Of a stretch of 64,000 bases of DNA, positions 12,528-25,668 are shown piece after piece. This DNA is from Spironucleus salmonicida (lineage: Eukaryota). The notes beneath the pieces are model-generated. The model made no database searches. It was given only the letters and a program-made list of their open reading frames with translations, and was not told the origin of the DNA. The DNA lies in the NCBI RefSeq assembly GCF_000497125.1, contig NC_090596.1, forward strand, positions 868,001 through 932,000, given 5' to 3'. How positions within the stretch are numbered: position 1 is the stretch's first letter; each line of letters opens with the position of its first letter. The position numbers and the translations under genes are program-made.

Positions 12528-14456
12528 ATGATGACGGCGGCCCTCCCGGCTGCGAAGACGGCCAAGACCACACTGCTAAAGTCGTACCAGCAGGTGTCGT
12601 CCCCGGAGGTGATTTCCTACCTGAAGCTAAAGCTGTTCTCGCTGGACATCAGGGCGACAGACGAGCAGAGCTTCGCACAGTCCTTCCGGGCAGTGAACCC
12701 CTACTCCTCTGGTTTCTTGCAGGACTACGCCAGCATGACGAAAACTCCGCAGAAGTCGCCGTCGTATGACGCGTTTAAGCTGCTCGAGTTCCACGCCAAG
12801 TTCGGCGTGCTGGACCTAATGAAGAACCTGTACACCACTTACTTCTCCCAGCTCAAGTAGAACGGCCTGCAACAAACGGACTCTCTGTTCACGATCGCAG
12901 CTGTGGGGAAGGTTCGATACAGCTCGGTCATCTCGCAGTTTGTGCACGGCCAGTTCGCGACACTGTACAAGGAGTTCTCGCATTTCCAGCTGGCTCCGCC
13001 GGGAAAGCTGATCAACATTTTCAACACGGAGCTGGAGCGGATCCACCAGAATGCGCAGGACTTCCAATAGATAGACGTGCCCTACTTCGACTACCTGCAG
13101 GACATCGAGCTGTTCCCGCAGTTTGTCAACAACATCCAAAAGCACTCCTTCGATATTGGGGTGAAGCTGCTGGTCCTGGACAACCTGGACACGCAGAACG
13201 ACTACTTCCTGTCCGTGTAGCAGTCCATGAATAACTTCTACCAGCTAATCTTACAGATTGCGGTAGCTATCTACCCGTAGGTCGTAATCTCCGGTGGGTC
13301 GGTCCTAATCAAGATCAGGGAGCTCACCAGTCCCGCCATGGCCTCTATACTGCAGATTCTGGCTTATTTCTACGAGGAGATATGCTATTTCCATCCGGAC
13401 TTTTCCCGCGTACTCACCCAGGAAAAGTGGGTTTACTGCACAGGGAAGAAACGCGTGGAGCGCTAGATCGCAAAGCAAGTGGCAGAGTAGCTGATTCAGT
13501 TCAGCTAGCAGGTAAAGGAATTCGAAGTTGGGGTGGACCTGGACGAGGAGTTTGAGTACTTGGAGCACCTTCTTCCGGTGAATTAGAAGCTTGTCGAGTA
13601 CATCAGAGGCGTAAATATTAAGAGCTTTAAAAATCAGCGAAATATTCTCTAGCATGGCCTCATTTATTACTCGAGAATTTATAAGCCAGATATATTTGAC
13701 CAGCTTTTAGAATTATAGGAGTTTGTATTTACGGCCAATACCGAGGAAATAACAGCGGCACAATTTCTAGAACTATATTCTGGTAATAATCCAGAAATTG
13801 GGTTGATATTTCCGTCGAACGAAAAGCGAGAGAAAATGGTATACAGATATCTTGAGCGCATTAACCCCGACATAAAAATGATTTAGGATTTTAAATATGT
13901 GCTAGAATTGGAAGAGAGGTCATTATCAGTGCGCTGGAATAACAAGGAAATCGAGCAGAAAACTATTAAAATGGTCGTTGTGGTTACAGAAAAAGAGCGT
14001 CTGATGAAAGAGAAAATTGAGCGTGAGAAGAAAGATAAAGAAGACAAAGAGCGAAAGGAACGCGAAAAACTAGAAGTTAAGGAAGTCAGATAGGAGCAGA
14101 TACAGGTGTAAAAGTAGGTAGTCGCTTAGATTGCAAAGAAGGCAGTTCCGTAAAAGTAAGTGTCCTAAGTTATGCAAAAGCCTAAAATATAAGCCTCAGA
14201 AACTGGTAAATCGGAGGAGCTCAACTAGATACTAAAAGACGTCCTTCTTAATCAAAATGTTGTGTCTAAACCATAATAAGTTGAGAAGGTGAAAGTTTCA
14301 TCTGAGCCTCCACAGAAAACGCTAAAAGGAGCAATGAAAGGAAAGAGTCTCCTTTTTGCAGGAAAAGGCAAGGGGATGGGGATGATAGAGAAGAAGGAAG
14401 AGCCTAAGGCCCAACCTAAAAGAAATTTGCTTAAGAATGTAAGAAAGCAAATGTGA
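12528..14456 (+). CDS. 5'-truncated duplicate of the gene at 18433-20463 (would start at Met35)
   Basis: Same frame as the full copy; the junction at 12500 removes the native start. Confidence 0.55.
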
Positions 14457-15087
14457 ACATTTTAACGCACCTAACTAAAGTCTTATTATATACTAGTATT
14501 AATGTTCAATCGACGGGTGAATCCGTTAATGTACCCCCAAACCAGACGAATGCTCAATATTGAATTGCTTGTATTGCAGTTACTAAGCTATCACAATATC
14601 GTAGGATTGTTAAAGTTATTCCACAGGTATTTCGTTTTTATGCTAGGCTGGCAACTATTCGAATGATGGTATCAGATATATATTGGTATGGCATTGATAT
14701 ATGCGGTGTTATCGATAATTATATAATGTCTCGTCAAAACTACACGTGTTTATCAGAAAGAAGCGGACTGACAAGGTTTGATTTAAAACTATATTTTATA
14801 TTATAGTTATCAGAGTCTATCTGCCACCAGAGCCAGCATACTATAGGCAATCTGTAAATATAACAACAAAAGTTTCTAATTTTATGCAGCAATATATACT
14901 GCGAGAGGCCTGGCTTTCTTTCGCATTTTCAAGAATTTTAGTTTAAATATTTATGTATATTCTAAGGACTAAAGGTGATGAAATAAGTTATATCACCTTT
15001 ATAATTATATATTATTAAACACAAACAGGAAAGAAAAATTATTCCATCACCATAATATTAATCTTTGTGAGTTATATTGTTCGCTGT

Positions 15088-15489
15088 ATGTTCCACTCCG
15101 TATACATGTTGGAATTCGGAAACCCTAAGAAACTAGATGCGTCCTAACGGGAGGACGATAGTCATGGCTCCGAGCAGATTACAGCAGCGTATTATAGTGC
15201 AAATGACCTACTAGATACTATGATAAACATTGTAGATAATGTCCATTCCCGTTCTCTTTCTACTACGCAGGCTAACTTTTTACAGCGCTCCTTGCTCCTT
15301 AAGCAATCAGACTAGATATCCGAGTTATCCAATTTTTGGATAGCGTATAAAACAGCGTAGTACAGCGAGAGTAACATGGGAATTATATGTATACGCAGAC
15401 TTTTAGCAAAGATGAAGGCGGAGTCTATATAATTCAGCGAGTTTAACATCAGGTTACAATCTGCACTTAGAGGCTGTATATTGGAGTGA
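15088..15489 (+). CDS. hypothetical protein (133 aa), duplicated
   Basis: Open frame, ends GAG TGA; mirror copy at 17400-17801. Confidence 0.55.
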
Positions 15490-15660
15490 TTTATATTGAT
15501 GAGTTTATGATGTTACATACTATTATTATATATAATTTATTTTGTTCAAATAAACCCAACACATTACATAATAAACGTATATAGTATCGCATTCTATTTC
15601 GAAACTCTGACCTATAATATTATATACTTGGGTAAAATAGTATTCCCGATTAATCATAAC

Positions 15661-16920
15661 TCAGTCACTGACAACTACGCCTCTTTTCGCTGGTCTGCTC
15701 GCCATAGAAATCCCACCTGACTTGAGGGTGCTCCCCAATGCATAGGTTCCAGGGCCTGGTACAGAATCCTTACCTGTACCTACTTCAGTTCTGCCGGCAA
15801 AAGATGCCCCTACTCCTTATCTATCGAAATCTCCTTTTATTGAATAGCTACCTGGTCCTGGATTTTCATTGCCAACCTTGATAGGACTTCTAGAAGCTAA
15901 GGATATATTTCTGCCTTTATCTCTATTATTTAGATTATAAGTATCGGGGCTTGGGGCATCAGCTTTCTTTCGAATTTCCCAGTCTTAGACTCCAGGTTTA
16001 AAAGTTCTACCACCTAATGCAGGGGCAGTAGAATACCTCGTAGGTGAGGGACAATATGTTCCTGGTCCTGGAACATCAGAAATCTTTTACTACTTTACAC
16101 GTCCAGCTAGAGTAGATCCAGCATTGTTATTATTGAATTATGTAGGAGCAGCATATGTTCCTGGTCCAGGATTTGTTGAAACCTTATCTACAAATGTTCG
16201 AGAGCCTAATGTTGCACCTGTGCTACCTTTTTGTGTAAACTTAAATGCAGCAGTTGGGTCATTATAAGCACCAGGGCCAACATCATGCGTTTACTTATCA
16301 CTTGGAATCGCCGTTCTACTGCCTAAACTAGCCGCGGGTGCTCTCGATGGGCTAGAAAGTGTATAGGCACCGGGACCTGGTTAATCATTCTTGATTTTAC
16401 ATGTTTCTGTTCTACCTGCCATAGAAATTCCCATATTGGACTTTATAGGATGAGGATCATAAACAAAGCCGGGGCTTTTTTCCTACTCTTTTATTTCCGT
16501 TCTTCCTGCCATTGTTGATGCTCTAGAATGTCTACCTATTGAGCTATAATTTTAAGGATCATATGCTCCTGGTGGAGGCACATCATTTTTGTTAAAATCA
16601 ATTTTGGTTCTACCTGCTAATGATGGAACTCGTTTCGAAGCATTAAGTTATGGAGAATAAGTTCCAGGTCCTGGAACTTCAGACATCTTAGTTTACTTCA
16701 CCCTACCGGCTAATGATGATCCAGCCCCATTTTAATTAAATATAGATGATGCTGCGTATGTGCCTGGTCCAGGATTAGATGCATTCGAAAATTTGACGTC
16801 ATTGTATCTTGATTTCATTGTAAATTATGGACTTCCTGAGTTTTTAGTTGTAGACTAGTATCCTGGATTGTAAGCTCCTGGTCCTGGAACAAAGAGTGAT
16901 GGACAATCTGAAGTATCCAT
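15661..16920 (-). CDS. SHIPPO/STPG repeat protein 3 (419 aa)
   Basis: MDTSDCPSLFVPGPGAYNP; many PGPGTY and SLAGR units; crosses the spacer/left-arm junction intact. Confidence 0.9.
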
Positions 16921-17137
16921 TTTATCAAAATTGCGGAATGATATTACAGTAAAAAATAGTTTAAATTATTAAGTATACATTAAAATTATGAAATTTATTT
17001 TTAGTTACCATATAGCCTTATAAACATGAATAAAATATTTTTACAATTAATATCGTTCATAAATTAATATTATATTATAGTATGTATTTAATAAAATTAT
17101 GACGAAATTCACTAATAGCTTTTAATCAGTGTTGTTA

Positions 17138-20100
17138 TGGAACCTATGCATTGGGGAGCACCCTCAAGTCAGGTGGGATTTCTATGGCGAGCAGACCAGC
17201 GAAAAGAGGCGTAGTTGTCAGTGACTGAGTTATGATTAATCGGGAATACTATTTTACCCAAGTATATAATATTATAGGTCAGAGTTTCGAAATAGAATGC
17301 GATACTATATACGTTTATTATGTAATGTGTTGGGTTTATTTGAACAAAATAAATTATATATAATAATAGTATGTAACATCATAAACTCATCAATATAAAT
17401 CACTCCAATATACAGCCTCTAAGTGCAGATTGTAACCTGATGTTAAACTCGCTGAATTATATAGACTCCGCCTTCATCTTTGCTAAAAGTCTGCGTATAC
17501 ATATAATTCCCATGTTACTCTCGCTGTACTACGCTGTTTTATACGCTATCCAAAAATTGGATAACTCGGATATCTAGTCTGATTGCTTAAGGAGCAAGGA
17601 GCGCTGTAAAAAGTTAGCCTGCGTAGTAGAAAGAGAACGGGAATGGACATTATCTACAATGTTTATCATAGTATCTAGTAGGTCATTTGCACTATAATAC
17701 GCTGCTGTAATCTGCTCGGAGCCATGACTATCGTCCTCCCGTTAGGACGCATCTAGTTTCTTAGGGTTTCCGAATTCCAACATGTATACGGAGTGGAACA
17801 TACAGCGAACAATATAACTCACAAAGATTAATATTATGGTGATGGAATAATTTTTCTTTCCTGTTTGTGTTTAATAATATATAATTATAAAGGTGATATA
17901 ACTTATTTCATCACCTTTAGTCCTTAGAATATACATAAATATTTAAACTAAAATTCTTGAAAATGCGAAAGAAAGCCAGGCCTCTCGCAGTATATATTGC
18001 TGCATAAAATTAGAAACTTTTGTTGTTATATTTACAGATTGCCTATAGTATGCTGGCTCTGGTGGCAGATAGACTCTGATAACTATAATATAAAATATAG
18101 TTTTAAATCAAACCTTGTCAGTCCGCTTCTTTCTGATAAACACGTGTAGTTTTGACGAGACATTATATAATTATCGATAACACCGCATATATCAATGCCA
18201 TACCAATATATATCTGATACCATCATTCGAATAGTTGCCAGCCTAGCATAAAAACGAAATACCTGTGGAATAACTTTAACAATCCTACGATATTGTGATA
18301 GCTTAGTAACTGCAATACAAGCAATTCAATATTGAGCATTCGTCTGGTTTGGGGGTACATTAACGGATTCACCCGTCGATTGAACATTAATACTAGTATA
18401 TAATAAGACTTTAGTTAGGTGCGTTAAAATGTTCACATTTGCTTTCTTACATTCTTAAGCAAATTTCTTTTAGGTTGGGCCTTAGGCTCTTCCTTCTTCT
18501 CTATCATCCCCATCCCCTTGCCTTTTCCTGCAAAAAGGAGACTCTTTCCTTTCATTGCTCCTTTTAGCGTTTTCTGTGGAGGCTCAGATGAAACTTTCAC
18601 CTTCTCAACTTATTATGGTTTAGACACAACATTTTGATTAAGAAGGACGTCTTTTAGTATCTAGTTGAGCTCCTCCGATTTACCAGTTTCTGAGGCTTAT
18701 ATTTTAGGCTTTTGCATAACTTAGGACACTTACTTTTACGGAACTGCCTTCTTTGCAATCTAAGCGACTACCTACTTTTACACCTGTATCTGCTCCTATC
18801 TGACTTCCTTAACTTCTAGTTTTTCGCGTTCCTTTCGCTCTTTGTCTTCTTTATCTTTCTTCTCACGCTCAATTTTCTCTTTCATCAGACGCTCTTTTTC
18901 TGTAACCACAACGACCATTTTAATAGTTTTCTGCTCGATTTCCTTGTTATTCCAGCGCACTGATAATGACCTCTCTTCCAATTCTAGCACATATTTAAAA
19001 TCCTAAATCATTTTTATGTCGGGGTTAATGCGCTCAAGATATCTGTATACCATTTTCTCTCGCTTTTCGTTCGACGGAAATATCAACCCAATTTCTGGAT
19101 TATTACCAGAATATAGTTCTAGAAATTGTGCCGCTGTTATTTCCTCGGTATTGGCCGTAAATACAAACTCCTATAATTCTAAAAGCTGGTCAAATATATC
19201 TGGCTTATAAATTCTCGAGTAATAAATGAGGCCATGCTAGAGAATATTTCGCTGATTTTTAAAGCTCTTAATATTTACGCCTCTGATGTACTCGACAAGC
19301 TTCTAATTCACCGGAAGAAGGTGCTCCAAGTACTCAAACTCCTCGTCCAGGTCCACCCCAACTTCGAATTCCTTTACCTGCTAGCTGAACTGAATCAGCT
19401 ACTCTGCCACTTGCTTTGCGATCTAGCGCTCCACGCGTTTCTTCCCTGTGCAGTAAACCCACTTTTCCTGGGTGAGTACGCGGGAAAAGTCCGGATGGAA
19501 ATAGCATATCTCCTCGTAGAAATAAGCCAGAATCTGCAGTATAGAGGCCATGGCGGGACTGGTGAGCTCCCTGATCTTGATTAGGACCGACCCACCGGAG
19601 ATTACGACCTACGGGTAGATAGCTACCGCAATCTGTAAGATTAGCTGGTAGAAGTTATTCATGGACTGCTACACGGACAGGAAGTAGTCGTTCTGCGTGT
19701 CCAGGTTGTCCAGTACCAGCAGCTTCACCCCAATATCGAAGGAGTGCTTTTGGATGTTGTTGACAAACTGCGGGAACAGCTCGATGTCCTGCAGGTAGTC
19801 GAAGTAGGGCACGTCTATCTATTGGAAGTCCTGCGCATTCTGGTGGATCCGCTCCAGCTCCGTGTTGAAAATGTTGATCAGCTTTCCCGGCGGAGCCAGC
19901 TGGAAATGCGAGAACTCCTTGTACAGTGTCGCGAACTGGCCGTGCACAAACTGCGAGATGACCGAGCTGTATCGAACCTTCCCCACAGCTGCGATCGTGA
20001 ACAGAGAGTCCGTTTGTTGCAGGCCGTTCTACTTGAGCTGGGAGAAGTAAGTGGTGTACAGGTTCTTCATTAGGTCCAGCACGCCGAACTTGGCGTGGAA

Positions 20101-20389
20101 CTCGAGCAGCTTAAACGCGTCATACGACGGCGACTTCTGCGGAGTTTTCGTCATGCTGGCGTAGTCCTGCAAGAAACCAGAGGAGTAGGGGTTCACTGCC
20201 CGGAAGGACTGCGCGAAGCTCTGCTCGTCTGTCGCCCTGATGTCCAGCGAGAACAGCTTTAGCTTCAGGTAGGAAATCACCTCCGGGGACGACACCTGCT
20301 GGTACGACTTTAGCAGTGTGGTCTTGGCCGTCTTCGCAGCCGGGAGGGCCGCCGTCATCATGCTGTGCTGCGTGTACCGCTCGTATTTC
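17138..20389 (-). repeat. inverted duplication 1, right arm
   Basis: Reverse complement of 12500-15751; begins with an orphan 3' tail of the STPG gene. Confidence 0.97.
17400..17801 (-). CDS. hypothetical protein, copy of 15088-15489
   Basis: Mirror within the inverted arm. Confidence 0.55.
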
Positions 20390-20463
20390 GAAAATATAGG
20401 CCACTGATAATTCTCCAAATTTTCTAAATGGATCTCAACAGTATCTAAAAATGAAACTGACAT
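18433..20463 (-). CDS. hypothetical protein (676 aa), charged Lys-rich C-terminus
   Basis: Continuous frame with TAR=Gln, C-rich motif before ATG. Confidence 0.75.
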
Positions 20464-21447
20464 TCAGAGGAAAGTTTAACCATACTATTATATATGATAA
20501 ATTAATTTTAAATATTCTTTAAACTATCATAGTTTTATATTTCTTAAACAAGAATAAATATATTATATATTAATTTTTCTGATCTGTCGGGGAATTAAAT
20601 TAAAGATAAAAGCTATTGTATATTATTTATAATCTTATAATCATGATAGAGTTTTCGTAACCATATAACTTTTTAAAATAACCCGTATTATCATTACTAT
20701 TACTTCAGATAGAATCTTTTTACCTTATAGTCATTAACTAAATACATTATTATAATCTTTAGTCTAATAAAGAAACCAAGTAATAAGCAAAAGTTCATTG
20801 GCTCTGATTTATTTATATAATCATCTTGGTTTCTTCTAGATGTTGATTTCATAAATAAACATAAAGCTAATAACTTTAATACTTAAAAACTCTAGTATTC
20901 TACGTAACACTCTCAGCTGGTTCACGAAATATTTATTAACTGTAAGTAATGTTCTCTCGATATACTTGAATACAAAAAAATAAAATAATAATCAAATGTA
21001 TTATAATTATAAAAACTATGTTTTTGGTGAACACTGTAAATTCATTATATATGAGTTATAATACGATTGATTTAATATGTTACATTTTGAATATCCATCA
21101 GATATTAGATTGTTCGCATTAGAGATATACAATTTATACAATCTCTACTCTCCCATTAAATGAACCAAATACTCTACGCAGACGACGTATCGCGACAGCC
21201 GACTCCCCTCAACTAAACGCCAGCGCTATAGGGTCTGTTTGAGTCGGAAAACTATTCCAACTTGCATGAGTGCTTTTTTGAAGAAATTGAATGATTATTA
21301 GCACGCACTTCCGGCCAGGCCCAAGATAGAAGCATTCACTCGAATATGACATTTTACAATAGCCCGTGCGACCCATGTTGTCAAATTGTCTTGCGAATTG
21401 GTCGTAATTTGAAAAAACTATCTGGCAGAAAAAACCCATTGCATCGA

Positions 21448-23874
21448 TCACTCCATCTATGGCTTGCTAACCTGAACGCGCCCGAACGCCTTCACTGCTT
21501 TTTTAGCCTTCTTGACCTTTTAGACTTTCGGTAGATCAGTCTTTGCTGCGATTTTGGGTCGCTGCTGATACTTTTTGACCAGAAAGTAGACCCCAAGCGC
21601 GATAAGGACGCCGCAAAGGACACCCACGACGGTGCCGACGCCGATGGCGACCCAGTTGAGCCGCTTGGCGCAGCGCCCGCCGCGGCGCTCGAAGCCGTTC
21701 CGGCACGGACACCGCTCGCCCTGCTCGTACATAGCCAATCCCTCGTTCTTCCCGTCGCACTTGCAGAAACCACCGATGTTCTTATAGTTTTTGGCGCACT
21801 GGCACATTTCTCCACTTGGGAAAAATCCTTCCCGTTTGGCGCAGCTGCAAGTTCCATCAGGCTGAGGTTCGAGTCCCAAGACGAACCCACATTCGCAATT
21901 GCCCAAAACATTGATTTTTTGCTAATCCTGGCAGTCGCAGCGCGCGCCATTCGCGACGAATTGTCGACCAGAATCGCACTTGCACGCGTCCCCGTTCGGC
22001 ACGAATCCATACACCCACTCGCATTCGCAATTCAGAGGATTCGAGCTGTTCCTGACGACCTCAATAACACCGCTTACCTCCCTGAACGGCACCATCCGGA
22101 ACCCGCTTTCCGCGTCGCATTTGCACGCAAAAACGTCGTTTTCGACGACCAGCGCCAGTTTTTTCTGGCAGTGGCACGTGAAATCCGCTCCAATATTATG
22201 CAAAAATCCTCGCGATTCGTCACATTTACAGCCCGAAACGTCCTTCAAGAACCCTTTTCCTGCATCGCACACGCACACAAGCCAGATCCCAGCCCGAAAT
22301 TCCGGGTCTGACGAGTAGCCCTTCTCCGTGTCGCACTGGCCGCGCGAGGTGATAACAACGTCGATATCGACGATGGAATCGGTCAAAAATCCCTTCGAAC
22401 GGTCTAAAGCGCACGAATTAGCGTTTTTCAGCAGCCCTGGAACGCACTCGCATGTTGTGGCGCCGGTGGCGCGGAATCCGAGCACTTTCTGGCACACACA
22501 GGCCACGCCGGCGCAGACTGGCAGGCAGCCGAACGAGCCTTCCGCGCACTCGACTTGCGGCTCGCACGTGAGCGGCGATGCGTCCAAATTGTCCTTAATC
22601 TGGCCCGATAGGCATGCGCACTTATTCACAGTTGAGTAGAAACCGCTGTAGAAGAGCTGTTAGCTGCAGCGGCAGGAAAAATTAGCGGCGCTGAGCTCGA
22701 GGCCCACGCGGCAGTCAACGCAGGTCAAATTTGATAGAGGAAGCGGCGCAACCCGCGCAAATCCAAAATCGTCGTCGCAGACGCAGCGGCCTGCTACGGG
22801 GAGTGCTACGAAGCCAAATTTCGTGTTACACTCGCAGGTCAAAATTGATGCTTTCTCGATCGGGAGCGGTTCAAATCCTAGCGAGTCATCGCAGACGCAC
22901 TAGACGGCATTATCAACGATTACGGCGTCGGATTTGAAGCCCTTCGTGACGTCGCAAATCGATGGAACGATGTCCTAAAATGGTGGTCTTTGGAACGCTA
23001 CGGCGGCCGTAAAGCCTTTATTTATGATCATGAGGCACGTTTTACTGCTTGCGTCCTCGAGCAGGTTTTCGTAGCACTTACAGGCCTGCAGCTTGCCGAA
23101 ATAACCGATGTTGTAGTCGCATTCACATGTTTTTACGTGAAAATCTGACTTTCGCGTCGTGTAGCCGGCCGCGCAGCTGCAGAAGAATCCTGTGGTCACG
23201 TCGCCCTTTCCGGTAGCGTCGAATCCTAGCGTTTCATCGCAGGCTTCTATAGATCCTGACACGTAGTCTGAGGCGGTCTTGAAACCAAAACTTGTCTTAT
23301 ATGTGCATTTAGCGGAGTCTGCGAGAGTTTTCGGCGTGGTTTCGAGGCCCTACGCGCACTAGCAGCTGCACTTATTTTAAGCACAAATACGTTGCTTTAC
23401 AAAGCCCTTCTAGGTACTGCATACGAGCTCGCCGTCCTTGAACTATTTACCGGCTAGGAATCCGTAGCTTACATCGAAAATACAGGTCCCGAGAGTGTCG
23501 TCGAAGTCCATTCCTTCAATACAGGCGCAGTGTACAAGTGGTGTCTCTGAGTCAAACGAGCCTGCCGTTATGAAGCCACGCTGAACGTCGCAGACGTCGG
23601 GCAGGAACGGGGTTAGGCCGATCGTGATTTTGTACTACGCGATGAAGCCAAGTGACGTGTTATAATAACAGCTGTTGGGATCGATGGCAACTGGGGCCGC
23701 CGGTAGGCCAATTTTCAAACCTTTCATGCAGGTGCAGTCGGTCCCGGAACCCTGGATGAATCCGAGCTCTTTGAAACATAAGCATCCCTTGTCTGTGTCA
23801 GCGCAGAGACCCTGCAAGTCCGTGCGGTAGCAGCCGGGACCTGGAACGCAGACCGAAAGTGTCAGAATAAACAT
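21448..23874 (-). CDS. cysteine-rich (CXC) membrane protein (808 aa)
   Basis: Signal-like MFILTLSV, repeated CxC/CD...GF units, TM WVAIGVGTVVGVLCGVLIALGVYFLV, basic tail, ends GAG TGA. Confidence 0.92.
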
Positions 23875-23967
23875 TTTGGAGTGAAAAATATATAAGATAA
23901 TAAATATGAAGTAATATATAACTTTTACGGCAAAAATTTTGACAACCCCAGTAGCGTGAAACCTCAC

Positions 23968-25311
23968 TCAGATCCTACTCACGATCTCCAGCTCTGACAT
24001 ACCCTTCAGCTCTTCGTACTATACACGAGGAACGTTCTGATACGTCGTCCTGCCTGTGCTTATCCGCGTGATGGCGACGATCTTCTCCTCCTGAATCAGC
24101 GCGTCAAGCCACCTGATCACATAGTCTCCGCGGTACTCCGTACGCGTCTGGGACCGGTGCTTATGCTGTGTTTTTGCAGCCTAGATTTGCTCCTAGAGGA
24201 GTTTTTCGTGTTGGCTTATTGCTTGCTTTTTTGGCGTCATAGCAGGGGCCATACGGTGCTGAACCGGCGTAGTTTGAGAAATTTTAGATTTTAAATCGTA
24301 TTTTTAGTCATTTTTTATCGGGCTACTAAATTATTATGAAGTGGGTGATTTTTTAACTGCAATGATGGGGCTTTTTGAGTTTTTCGACGATTTTTAACTG
24401 TTGAGAGTCTGTGGAATTGACGATTTTGGTGATTTTACCGATTTGGGCGAAAGTTCGCCTTTTCTTGGTCTTTCCACAGCTGAAAGTTTTGGGGACTTTG
24501 GCTACTTTTACGCCGCCGTCTCAGCCCTCCGGGAAACTTGAACGCTCGGAGATTTTGGTCGGCTTTGTGGAGACTTTTTCCCCAACACGGCGGCGGGGGA
24601 TTTAACTAGACGAAGGCTGCTAGAATTATTAAGAATATGTTTAGTATTGTTAGATCTGCTTCTGCTATTATCATTTTAACCATTATTGCTATTAATATTC
24701 ATATTATTATTCATTTTACTATTAATATTATTATTCATCCTACCACTCCTATCTCCCCCCTACTAGCTATTCGACCTACTACCTCTCCCCCCATTCGAAC
24801 CGCTTTAACCCCCAATTCGAGCCCCGCTAATCTTCGCCCTGGCGTCCTCCAGCAGCTGGCCGGACACCCGAATTCCGGATTTTCCGACCTGGAGCCTGAA
24901 CGGCGCCAGCTCCGGAGGGGCCTTTCGCGCGCTCCGGCGCCCAATTTCCCTGAAATCGTCGTCCTGCGCGGCCCATTTCGAACGCAGCTCCTCTACGGCT
25001 TATATCAGTTCGCGCTCCTGCGCTATCTGCGCGTGTCCTTCGACGCTTCTGGACAGGTAGAAGCCGGACTTGATGAGGTCCAGGTCCAGTGCAGATTCGA
25101 GCGATTTTGCGGGGTGCTGGAACGTCTCAAATGGCGCAGGATTTGCGGGGTTGCTGGGGCTGGGCTTCGCGGGTGGGTCGAATTTGAGCTCTTTTACTGG
25201 GGGCTTTTGCGGATGCCTGGAGGGTGTTGTGTGCTTTATCTACGCTGGTGGCGCAATTTCAGACGCATTGAAAATGCTCAATTATTCTGTCAAAATCCCG
25301 CTAATCTACAT
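23968..25311 (-). CDS. low-complexity hypothetical protein (447 aa; Pro/Ser/Lys- and Asn-rich)
   Basis: ATG TAG ATT... frame open where checked and length-consistent with TGA at 23968. Confidence 0.6.
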
Positions 25312-25668
25312 TTAGTAAAAACTATATATATTAATTATTATATAATAACTAATATAATAAAATTAATTAGATTTAGAAAGGGAATTTTGATTATTATTAT
25401 TATTATATCAGAATTATTATATTAATTTTTTCAAGGTTTATAAATACTTTTTGAAAAAATATACGACAACCCGCGCTTATATGTCGAATCCGATCACATC
25501 TAAAATGCTTGAAAGTAATTTATTATATTCGATTTTAATCTGTATTTTATCTGAATCCATGATTTAAATTAAGCATTACCAGTTTTCAGCTAAAGAAACT
25601 AAAAACTAATTCTAAAGATTTAGCCGTATATAATTTATATCAGCAATGTCAAATTAGTAATATACAAA

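Larger units (their letters stand above)
12500..15751 (+). repeat. inverted duplication 1, left arm (3252 bp)
   Basis: Reverse complement of 17138-20389 (coordinate sum 32889); mirrored ORFs in the track. Confidence 0.97.

Noticed and set aside
12500-20389. Transposon or foldback element with long terminal inverted repeats
   Set aside because: Arms consist of ordinary host genes cut mid-CDS; no transposase or target-site duplication visible
22868-22878. tRNA T-loop-like GGTTCAAATCC
   Set aside because: No cloverleaf around it; lies inside the cysteine-rich protein CDS
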